This document shows, piece after piece, positions 28,201-37,800 of a DNA stretch of 64,000 bases; position 1 is the stretch's first letter; each line of letters opens with the position of its first letter. A program made the position numbers and the translations under genes. The notes beneath the pieces are model-generated. The model searched no databases. It was not told the origin of the DNA and worked only from the letters and a program-made list of their open reading frames with translations. Origin of the DNA: Myxococcota bacterium (GTDB lineage: Bacteria > Myxococcota_A > SURF-8). The stretch covers positions 2,112,001 to 2,176,000 of the forward strand of contig CAXXQS010000001.1 in the NCBI GenBank assembly GCA_963674735.2, given 5' to 3'.

Positions 28201-28266
28201 ATCCATACATCACCAGTTTCATTACTATTGTGTAGCACACAAATCTTCACCAAAGGGGGCCCGCGA

Positions 28267-29946
28267 ATGAAGATCTATATCCTTACTTTCACATTTGTGT
28301 TGCTTGTCTTACTGGCAGCAGGCTGCAACGATGATTCAGATAACATCGACGGTGACACGTCCGACGGCGACAGGTCCGATGGCGACAATCCCGATGGCGA
28401 CGAGCCCGACGGCGACGAGCCCGATGGCGACGAGCCCGATGGCGACGAGCCCGACGGCGACGATCCCGATGGCGACGATCCCGATGGTGACATGGAAAGG
28501 GAGATTGAGCAGGAAAACGATAGCGACGATCCCGACGGCGATATGGAAATGGAGATTGAGCAGGAAAACGATGGCGATACGGATTTCGAAGAAGAACTCG
28601 AAGTCGACGATGCTGAAGGCGAAACCGATGGGGACCTATCCGAAGCGGAATCCGATGAAATGGATTCGGAGTCAGCGGAAGCGGAGTTGGAAGAAGAGGC
28701 TCCTGAGCTCAAAGGTTATGGCGACATCGTAGTTGGCGTGCCCGGACATTCCTGGACGGGCTTGGCAATGGCCTTTCACGGATCCGCCACCGGCCCGTCG
28801 ACCACGGCCGACTGGTCGAGTACCGGACCCGATTATTCGGACTACGGCTACGTAGTTGCCTCGGCGGGCGATGTGAACGACGACGGCTACGACGATGTCA
28901 TTGTTGGAATGAATGACAATGATGGAACCGCGTATGTCTATCACGGTTCCGCATCCGGCTTGTCGGCAAACGAAGATTGGTCCGATGCGGCTGCAAACGG
29001 CGACTGGTTTGGCAGTTCGGTTGCCTCGGCGGGCGACATCAACAAAGACGGCTATGCCGATGTGGTCATCGGAGCTCCAGGCACTGACGGATCGAAAGGA
29101 AAAGCCTACGCCTATTACGGATCGAGTACGGGGTTATCCGATACGGCCGACTGGGCTCTGAGCAACCCCAGCCTATACAACGGCTTTGGAATTTCCGTCA
29201 GTGGGGCGGGCGACGTGAACAATGACGGCTATGACGATGTCGTCATCGCGGGTGAATACTACACGGGCTTTGCCTACCTGTACCTAGGATCGGCAAGCGG
29301 TCTGGCAACGACCGCATCCTGGACCGCCAGCGCGTCCTCGGAAGCGAGCTACCTTGGCACTGCAATCGCATCCGCAGGAGACGTAAACAAAGACGGCTAC
29401 GACGATGTGATCGTCGGCGCGAAAGGCTATGGCACCGATCAAGGCATTGTCTATGTTTATTTAGGAGGAAGCGGAGGCCTATCCGCTACAGCCAGCTGGA
29501 CAATAATGGGAGAAGGAAACAATGACTTCTTCGGCTGTAGTGTGGCAAGCGCCGGCGACGTCAACGGCGACGGCTACGACGATGTCATCGTCGGCGCAAG
29601 CCTCATCAACTCAGACAAGGGTAAAGCCTATGTCTACTACGGTTCGGCCTCGGGTTTGAGCAACTCTCCCGACTGGGTAGTCGACGGCGAAAATGCCTAT
29701 GACAGATTTGGGCACAGTGTCGCCTCGGCCGGTGACGTCAACGGTGACGGCTACGACGATGTGATTGTCGGAGCGAAAAACTACACATTCAGCACTTCCA
29801 GTAAAGGAAAAGCCTACCTGTATCTCGGGTCGGAATCGGGCCTGAGCACAACGGCGACCTGGACCATCGAAGGAACCAGTTCAAGCGGAAACCTCGGCAA
29901 TTCGGTTGCGGCCGCCGGAAATGTCAACGGCGATGTTGTCCCATAG
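28267..29946 (+). CDS. FG-GAP (integrin-alpha-like) seven-bladed beta-propeller lipoprotein with DGD and Glu-rich linker
   Basis: Lipobox LAAGC; (DGDxP)n. Six full G..(V/I)..AGD(V/I)N.DGY.DV repeats plus one split repeat. Confidence 0.92.
   Translation: MKIYILTFTFVLLVLLAAGCNDDSDNIDGDTSDGDRSDGDNPDGDEPDGDEPDGDEPDGDEPDGDDPDGDDPDGDMEREIEQENDSDDPDGDMEMEIEQENDGDTDFEEELEVDDAEGETDGDLSEAESDEMDSESAEAELEEEAPELKGYGDIVVGVPGHSWTGLAMAFHGSATGPSTTADWSSTGPDYSDYGYVVASAGDVNDDGYDDVIVGMNDNDGTAYVYHGSASGLSANEDWSDAAANGDWFGSSVASAGDINKDGYADVVIGAPGTDGSKGKAYAYYGSSTGLSDTADWALSNPSLYNGFGISVSGAGDVNNDGYDDVVIAGEYYTGFAYLYLGSASGLATTASWTASASSEASYLGTAIASAGDVNKDGYDDVIVGAKGYGTDQGIVYVYLGGSGGLSATASWTIMGEGNNDFFGCSVASAGDVNGDGYDDVIVGASLINSDKGKAYVYYGSASGLSNSPDWVVDGENAYDRFGHSVASAGDVNGDGYDDVIVGAKNYTFSTSSKGKAYLYLGSESGLSTTATWTIEGTSSSGNLGNSVAAAGNVNGDVVP
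28348..28497 (+). repeat. 15-bp coding tandem repeat (DGDxx)x10
   Basis: gayggcgacgagccc-type units: DGDTS DGDRS DGDNP DGDEP x4 DGDDP x2 DGDME. Confidence 0.9.
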
Positions 29947-30010
29947 CATTCGGAATTTCGTATCGCACAGATAGGCTCATCGAGAAGCCAGCCATGCCTC
30001 AGGAGGCCTT

Positions 30011-31585
30011 ATGTTGAAGTATACATTACAATCGCTGTTATTGATCGTCACTCTCGTTTTGCTCTTCGGCTGTGGTTCGGATAGCGATTCCGATCCCGAT
30101 GGGGATGAACTTGACGGCGACAGCCAGGAAAACCCGGACGGTGACGATCCTGACGGCGACAGCCCCGACGGCGACAGCCCCGACGGCGACAGCCCCGACG
30201 GCGACAGCCCCGACGGCGACAATCCAGACGGCGACAACCCGGATGGCGACACCGACCGCGATAGCGATAGTGATGGTGACAACGATAACGTTGAATACGA
30301 CAGCGATGGCGACCTTGAACCCGACATCGACACTTCGCCTGACGGCGATACCGAGGCGGAAAACGAGGGCGACCAAGACCTCGATGTGGAGGAAAATGAG
30401 GAAGAGGGAGATACGGAAGCGGAAAATCTCGATTCGGCCTGCGTGCGGCGGGTCGATGTCACGGTTTCGCCCGTGCCTGCCCAGCCGGACGGACTAAGCT
30501 GGGAAACCGCATTCACAAAGCTTCAAGCCGGTATAGACGCCGCTTCGGCAGCCCTGGACACACGGAACTGCTCCAGCGCTGAAGTTTGGGTTGCGGCTGG
30601 CACCTACACCATCCGCGGTAACACCGGAGTTTCGGGAGATATGTCCAATAGCCTTTCACTGAAAATAGGAGTGGCCGTTTACGGCGGTTTCTCCGGCAGT
30701 GAATCGCTGCGTGATGATCGGCAATGGTGGACAAATGAATGCGTAATCGATGGCGAAGATCTGGTCTACCATGTTGTCTCCTGTTTGGAAAACATCTGCG
30801 GTGAAGAACAAAACGACGACCATGCAACCCTTGACGGATTCACCATCACGGGGGGAATGGCGCGCAAGGGGGCTCTCGATACACCGGGTGACACTTCCGA
30901 CGATGGCTATACTATCGAAGGAAACTGCGGCGGCGGACTGTTCGTCGAAAAACATAACCCGATCATCTCCAACTGCACCTTTACGGGAAACAGCGCCATC
31001 AGCGGAGGCGGCGCCTGCGTCGAAGGCTGGGCACCGGTTTTCACCAACTGCCTGTTCGTCGACAACTCGGCCGACTGGCACGGCGGAGGTTTGTTCGCTT
31101 ATGAATTTGCACAGCCGGTAATCCACAACAGTACCTTCGTCGCCAACACGGCAGGAGGTGACGGAGGCGGCATCTCCACCTACAATACCAACTTCATGGG
31201 AACATGCTACCAGCCAACCATGGCCAATTGTATTGTCTGGGGTAATACACCGGCTCTTTCCACCGACAACCAAATCTTTTCCCAAACCTATTGTGAGCCA
31301 TTGGTAAGTTACTCCAACGTGCAGTGGGGTTGGGGCGACTTCGGAACTAACGGCAACATCGGCCACAACCCTGCCATTCACGATCCTCAATTCGTCGCAA
31401 CAACGGGAGATGTGGACTATCGTCTGCAATCGTCATCACCCAGCATCGATACGGGCGACAACGAGACCGTCACCATAGATCATGATCTTGACGGGCAATC
31501 CCGTACCATCGATGGCAACGCCATTCCCGGTGCGGTTGTCGATATGGGCGCCTACGAATACCAGCCACCCGTTAGCAAGAACTAG
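30011..31585 (+). CDS. Right-handed beta-helix (Pmp-like, choice-of-anchor Q) lipoprotein with DGD repeats
   Basis: Lipobox LLFGC. DG.SWETAF..LQ.GI, VWVAAGTY, VYGGFSG.E, GGG/FxxN repeats, YRLQSSSPSIDTG..DLDG..R...VDMGAYE. Confidence 0.88.
   Translation: MLKYTLQSLLLIVTLVLLFGCGSDSDSDPDGDELDGDSQENPDGDDPDGDSPDGDSPDGDSPDGDSPDGDNPDGDNPDGDTDRDSDSDGDNDNVEYDSDGDLEPDIDTSPDGDTEAENEGDQDLDVEENEEEGDTEAENLDSACVRRVDVTVSPVPAQPDGLSWETAFTKLQAGIDAASAALDTRNCSSAEVWVAAGTYTIRGNTGVSGDMSNSLSLKIGVAVYGGFSGSESLRDDRQWWTNECVIDGEDLVYHVVSCLENICGEEQNDDHATLDGFTITGGMARKGALDTPGDTSDDGYTIEGNCGGGLFVEKHNPIISNCTFTGNSAISGGGACVEGWAPVFTNCLFVDNSADWHGGGLFAYEFAQPVIHNSTFVANTAGGDGGGISTYNTNFMGTCYQPTMANCIVWGNTPALSTDNQIFSQTYCEPLVSYSNVQWGWGDFGTNGNIGHNPAIHDPQFVATTGDVDYRLQSSSPSIDTGDNETVTIDHDLDGQSRTIDGNAIPGAVVDMGAYEYQPPVSKN
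30137..30250 (+). repeat. 15-bp coding tandem repeat (DGDxP)x7
   Basis: gacggcgacagcccc occurs four times, plus variants. Confidence 0.9.
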
Positions 31586-31609
31586 GTCTCAAACTACAGG
31601 GAGCCTGAC

Positions 31610-34600
31610 ATGCGTAAATTCCTGTTTGTTTTACTTCTTTCAATCGCCCTGTTTACTTGTGTTGCTTGCGCGGGTGGAAGCGATTCAGATGCGGATGGCG
31701 ACAGCGGAACCGATGGCGACAGTTCCGACCCGGACGGCGACAATCCAGATGGCGACAATCCAGATGGCGACGACCCCGACGGTGACAATCCGGACGGCGA
31801 TGAACCCGATGGCGACAATGACAGCGATAATGACAGCGACGGCGATATGGACGATACCGAAAACGAGGAAGACACCGAGGAAGTCGAACAAGATCCCATC
31901 ATCGATTGTATTTTTTATGTCGATGCCACAATCAGCAGTCCAGGAAACGGGGCCAATCCAGCTTCGGCCTTCGCCAGCATTCAACCGGCTTTGAATGCCG
32001 CCGCCACAATGGCCACCGAAACCGACCCCTGCGAAGTGCGTGTTGCGGCCGGATCCTACTTCATTTACGTTGACGGACCGTTGAACACCATCACGCTAAA
32101 ACCTCACGTTTCGCTTCTCGGCGGCTACCCTACCAACTTCGATGAAGCCCGCGACAGCACCGCAAATGAGACCGTGCTCGACGGACGCCAAGAAGATGCA
32201 GCCCAATCTCCACGTGTTTACCATGTCGTAACCGGCTCCAACCATGCTCGGATGGGCGGTTTCACAATTCGTTACGGCAACGCCCACGAGGACGACAACG
32301 CCGCCAACACGCATAACCTAGGTGGCGGAATGTTCAATACATTGACATCCCCCACCGTGGCGAACTGTCTGTTCGAACTGAACGAGGCCCGATACGGCGG
32401 AGCGGTCTACAACACCGGCGGTACTCCCGCATTTGAAAACGTCACGTTTTCACAAAACTCGGCCAGCGAAGACGGTGGAGCCGTGATGAACGCGACCAAC
32501 GGAAACGCGACCTTCGTCAATCCCGTTTTCACGGGTAACACGGCCACTCGTGGCGCAGGCCTTTTCAATGCACAAGGGACGGTCATCTCCATGAGTCGCG
32601 CAGGTATTGGCCAATGTCTGCTCAAAGCGAACGCAGCCAGCGAAGACGGCGGAGGCATATATGCCGACTCGGGCAGTACGCTCCTCGCCACCGGCTGTGT
32701 CTTCCAGGCCTGCGACGCCACCGGAAAAGGAGGCGGCCTATCGGCCTATCTCACCACGTTGGTCATGGGTAACTGCGCGTTCGTCAACAACAGCGCGGAG
32801 GAAGGTGCCGGACTGGCGGCAGAATACTATACCTCCGCCACGGCCATCAATTGCAGCTTCGCCGGAAATACAGCCTCCACCAGCGGAGGCGCGATCGCGC
32901 TTATCGACACCAGCGCCATCAACATCGTCAACGGTATTTTGTGGGACGACACGCCGGAAGAAATCGCCGCCGGAGCGGGCAGCTCGGCTACAGTCAGCTA
33001 CAGTAGCGTTGAAACCGGCAGCGGGGCAATGAGCGGTGAAGGTAATGTCGAACTGGACCCGGCGTTTGTCGACCTGTCGACCGGCAACTTCCGGCTTGAT
33101 CTCACCTCCCCCTGCCTGGATATCGGCAACCCGGATGCCGCCAGTGATGCGGGATTGACCGAAGATTTCGAGGGCCAACCGCGCGTTCTTTTCTACGGCG
33201 TGGATCTGGGTGCGGATGAAATGAGCTTTGACTCCTTCGACATCAACACACTATATGTCGATGCCGATGCCAGCGGCGACAACAACGGTTCCAGTTGGGA
33301 TAACGCGTTTACAACCCTGACTCCGGCACTCAACGCCGCCCAGGCAGGTGATCAAATCTGGGTGGCCGAAGGAACCTACACGCCCGAAACCGCCACGGAC
33401 GGCCGGTTTTCCAGTTTCACCCTTCCCTACCTGGTCAGCCTGTACGGCGGCTTCGATCCCACCAACGACGTTGTTTTATTCGATGATCGCGATCCCGGGA
33501 CCTACACCACCACCCTAAGCGGCGACATAAACGGAAACGATGGCGCAAAAGGCGTCGGCACCGACAACGTCTATCATGTCCTGATCGGCGGTGACCGCAG
33601 CCTGTTAAACGGATTTACCGTTTCGGGTGGGAACTCGGATCTAAGTTGTGAAGCCAAGCGCAGCACCGACCACTGCCGTCATGGCGGTGGCCTTTATTCG
33701 ACGGGGGACATTTCGATCACGATCCAGGATTGCATCTTCGAAAATAATGCCGCAACGGTTGGCGCGGGTCTTGTCGCCCTCAACGGTGTCGATCTTACGC
33801 TCAAAAACACGGTTATCCGCAATAATATTGCAGACTGGAGTGGTGGAGCCTTGACGGCGGGCTCGACCGGATCCACGGTCGGCTCTGTCACATTCGATAC
33901 GTGTCGCATAGAAAACAACGAATCCAATCGCCTTTCCGGCGGCGCGATCAGCATCAGTAAAATGGGTTCGTTTACCATGTTGAAGAGCGAAATCATCGGC
34001 AATAGTTCGAATGTAACCGACATCCCCGGATATGGCTACGGAGGTGGTTTGAAACTCAGCGGTGACATTCCAACGGTCTTGATTGCCGATTGCTTGTTTG
34101 AAAGCAATTCCGCCGACACCCACGGAGGCGCTATATTTATGAGCGCTTCACTGGGAATACCGGAAATCGTCAACTGCCGTTTCATCGACAATTCGGCAAC
34201 GGAAGACGGGGGGGGCGTGTTTAACGTCAGCAACTCCACAAGTAGCGTCAATGCCCATTATTCGAATTGCCTGTTCGCCGGAAACAACGCGGCCCAAGGC
34301 GGTGCGATGTCCATCTTGGATTCCATTCCGATCTTGACAAACTGCACGATGACCGGCAACACGGCTTCCACATCCGGCGGTGCGATCTATTTTAAGGACA
34401 CCCTTCAGAACTCATGTAACGGAGACAATGCCACCATCACCAACAGCATCCTCTGGGACAATACCGGCGGCGAAATCATTCACGATTCAACCCAACCCGC
34501 CTGCAAACCGCTGATTGCTTACAGCGATATCAAAGGCGGCTGTACGGAATCAAGCAACTGCACCACCGATGAGTCGGGCAATATCGGGGCGAACACAAGC

Positions 34601-34786
34601 GACCACAACCCCGATTTTTTCAACGTTGCGGGCGATGACTATAGCTTGAAAACGGGATCACCGTGCATCAACACAGGGTCGGATTCCTATGTGCTGCGGC
34701 CGGATGATCCGGATTTGGCCGGTAACGGACGCTTCAACGGTCAAGTCGACATGGGGGCCTACGAGTATCACGATACCCGCAACTAG
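31610..34786 (+). CDS. Tandem two-module beta-helix (choice-of-anchor Q) lipoprotein with DGD repeats
   Basis: Lipobox near CVAC. Two modules, each YVDA...AF..(I/L)..AL..V.V/W.A.G.Y and ending D(L/M)GA(D/Y)E; many GGA / F..N motifs. Confidence 0.88.
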   Translation: MRKFLFVLLLSIALFTCVACAGGSDSDADGDSGTDGDSSDPDGDNPDGDNPDGDDPDGDNPDGDEPDGDNDSDNDSDGDMDDTENEEDTEEVEQDPIIDCIFYVDATISSPGNGANPASAFASIQPALNAAATMATETDPCEVRVAAGSYFIYVDGPLNTITLKPHVSLLGGYPTNFDEARDSTANETVLDGRQEDAAQSPRVYHVVTGSNHARMGGFTIRYGNAHEDDNAANTHNLGGGMFNTLTSPTVANCLFELNEARYGGAVYNTGGTPAFENVTFSQNSASEDGGAVMNATNGNATFVNPVFTGNTATRGAGLFNAQGTVISMSRAGIGQCLLKANAASEDGGGIYADSGSTLLATGCVFQACDATGKGGGLSAYLTTLVMGNCAFVNNSAEEGAGLAAEYYTSATAINCSFAGNTASTSGGAIALIDTSAINIVNGILWDDTPEEIAAGAGSSATVSYSSVETGSGAMSGEGNVELDPAFVDLSTGNFRLDLTSPCLDIGNPDAASDAGLTEDFEGQPRVLFYGVDLGADEMSFDSFDINTLYVDADASGDNNGSSWDNAFTTLTPALNAAQAGDQIWVAEGTYTPETATDGRFSSFTLPYLVSLYGGFDPTNDVVLFDDRDPGTYTTTLSGDINGNDGAKGVGTDNVYHVLIGGDRSLLNGFTVSGGNSDLSCEAKRSTDHCRHGGGLYSTGDISITIQDCIFENNAATVGAGLVALNGVDLTLKNTVIRNNIADWSGGALTAGSTGSTVGSVTFDTCRIENNESNRLSGGAISISKMGSFTMLKSEIIGNSSNVTDIPGYGYGGGLKLSGDIPTVLIADCLFESNSADTHGGAIFMSASLGIPEIVNCRFIDNSATEDGGGVFNVSNSTSSVNAHYSNCLFAGNNAAQGGAMSILDSIPILTNCTMTGNTASTSGGAIYFKDTLQNSCNGDNATITNSILWDNTGGEIIHDSTQPACKPLIAYSDIKGGCTESSNCTTDESGNIGANTSDHNPDFFNVAGDDYSLKTGSPCINTGSDSYVLRPDDPDLAGNGRFNGQVDMGAYEYHDTRN

Positions 34787-34836
34787 ATCCAGTCGAACAG
34801 GAACTGGAATTTACGTTATTTGAGGAGAATCGAAAC

Positions 34837-37800
34837 ATGCGTAGATGGCTTTTAACAATAGCTGTAACCGTGATCCTGTCGGCAACATGCTTCGGCTGTT
34901 CCGGCGGGTCGAATACGATTGATGGCGACGCGCCGGACGGAGACATGTCGGACGGCGATAGCGACGGTCCCGATCCGGACGGCGACGAGGAAGCCGATAT
35001 AGAGCTCAGCGATGATGTCGGTTCCGACCTCAGTTCCTACCAATGCACGCGCGATTCCGATCTGCTCGACTCATTGGGGAATTGTCGCCGCGACGAGCAT
35101 TGTCCTTGCGGGGCCTATTGCCAGCTTGGATTATGCCATTTCGACTGCCTGCGCAATGCGGACTGTCCAGATGGCTGGTGCGATTACTTCGGGCGCTGCC
35201 GCGACGAAGATGATTACGCTATCTCGCCGCCGCTCGTTGATCGCAGCCAAGGTGGATTGAAATTGCATCCATCCTTCATCCCCATATACAACCGTGAGGC
35301 CCAGCCGGTGATCACCCTATCGGCGAATACGCAAGGCTTCACCGATCTGCGTCTCGAAGCCAGCGACGGCCTGCTGATCGATTGCAACGGAACGTTCTCT
35401 TCGACTTGCAACATCGAATCGCTGAGCACCGATGATTCGATGACCTTTACCCTCAAACTCGATGAAAGTGAAGCGGATTTGGCTGAGTGGTTTGTCAGCG
35501 TGTTTTACGATGATCGGATGGCGACGGTTGCCCTTAGCGAAATCGCCCGCTCCGATGAAACCGAACTGAGTCCGGGTGTCTATCGAGGAAAGGTATGGGT
35601 TTCCTCAAGTTCGACTCTGTTGCAAACGGAAGCCGCCTCCCAAGCGGTCGACATCGTCCACAGCCACCCGATGTTCAGCTTTCCCTTCGAAATAATTTTG
35701 TTTGAGGACAACACCCTGGTATTCCACGACGCACGTAAAGTCCTCCCCGAAAACTGGGTCTTCACCCTCGATGCCTCGGGAAGCTTCGACGCCTTGGGTG
35801 GAATGGGCGACGGTTCACGCGTCGTATACATGGGAAACGCCGAATCGTCCGACGACGAAACGGCAACCGAGGTTAGCTTGTCCGCGTCAGGGGCCATAAG
35901 AGAAATCTTCGAAGGCTCGGTACTTGGAACACTAAATATGACCGTCGGCGGTCTCGGGCTGGATTATGCAGAGGCCAACGGCATCGACGAGCGTCTAAAT
36001 ATCGATTGGAATTTCTCCGTCCAACGTTTCCGAGATCTTGGTGAAAACGAAACGGTCCCCTCCCAAACGGGTGACACCCCGGTGTTTGCTGAAAGTGCGG
36101 ACCGGTACGGCGATGCCTTGCCCTGGTATGCCATCATGCGCGATGTCGAACTCGATCACGAACAAGACAGCATCGATATTCCGTCCTGGTCACAGGAACT
36201 TCAATACCTTCTCTGTTACGATCGCAACCGCGATCCTGGAGTTGAGGTTATCAACACACGTTCCGTCCCCTTCACGCAAAGTGTTGCCGACGATATCGGA
36301 GTAGGCGACTATATGTGCGATCGCGGCAACAGCGATTCCCTTCTCGCCCTACCCTTCTTCGCCATTGACTCGGCGAGCGGCTCGGTGCAAGCGGGTCTCA
36401 CCCTCGATGCCTGTATAACCGAACTGGAACGCAGTTTCGAAGCACCTCCCGCGTGCGGCGACACAACCGACCTCAATTGTTTGAGCGGCCATGTGCTCGA
36501 TGATCCGCTCCCCGACTGCATCGACACCCCCCTGGTTCTTGGTGCTCTGGGGGGAGGCTTGGCGTTGGTCGAACGCTCGGGCTATCCCGGCGGCGTAATG
36601 TGGGAATCCCGCTCCGACGACGGATTACGGATGGCCTTGCGCATCCTGCAACAGTGGATTCAGACCCACCAGTTTATCGTCAACGAAGCCGTGCAGGCCA
36701 ACGACCTTCCGCTATGGACTGACGCCCCCCCTAACCTGACCGACACACTGGATCTCGGTCTCGATGGGTGGGATATCGTGCTTCACCCTCACACGATGGG
36801 TCGGCTGATGCACATCCCCAGCGCCATCCTCAACGAACCCGATTACCGTGAAAGCCAAAATCAACCCGCGGCCTATGGCGACGAGACACAAACGTTCGGC
36901 ATCCCGATTGTCATTCTGCATGCTTTGCGTACTCAGCTTCAAGCCGCGACATTCCTTGTTCGCCAAGCCCGATTTGCCAGTCAAATCGTTCCTCCCGAAC
37001 AAGTCAACCGAACTTTACATTATGTCACGGTCCTCGCTCCCTTGGCGCGGCTTCTTTATGAAAAGAGCTTGCTTGCGGGAGAACCCGCCTGGGAACCAGT
37101 TTGGCAAAACGCCCAGGGTCTGTTCGACGCAGCCCTGCAGGATTTGATGACGGAATGGGATTCGCTCGAAGAAGGGCGCAACCCGCTCGGGATCGACGAT
37201 GTCGATCTTCCTTTGTATACCAACACGTTGAATGACCCGCAAAGCGACGGCGAGAAATTCCTTTCCGTTTCATCTTATTTTCTCTACGAATCCACCGGTG
37301 GATTGGACAACTCGGGCTGGGCAACCAAAGCGGTACAAACTGCCACCGATTCCTTCGATGCCGCTCGAACGGCTTGGTCAGACATGGTTGACCGCACACT
37401 TCAAGGCATCCTCGAAGAACAAAACGTGAACGACCGAGTCAGTCAGATCAAACGAAACTTCGGCGAAAAGATTTTGAATCTGTGCGGAAACAACCTTTTC
37501 GAAAACACCACCACCGGCAACCCGATCGTCTCAGAAGACGTGCTCGACGAGCTTGAAGCACATCCGCAGATCGGGTCCACGAACTGCTTCATGGATCAAG
37601 GCAACCCCGCCTGTGTGTTCGACTACGACGCTCTGACGTCTTCGCTGACCAAAGACGATCTCGGCTACCGGATGTGTGTACTGGTGGGAATGCGCGAAGG
37701 CTTCGCGGGGAAAGTCGAATTCAAAGAAGACTGGGCCAACGACTTTCTAGATGAAGCGCAAGAGTTGATGAGTGGAGCGCTCGAACAGTTGCCTGTCAAT

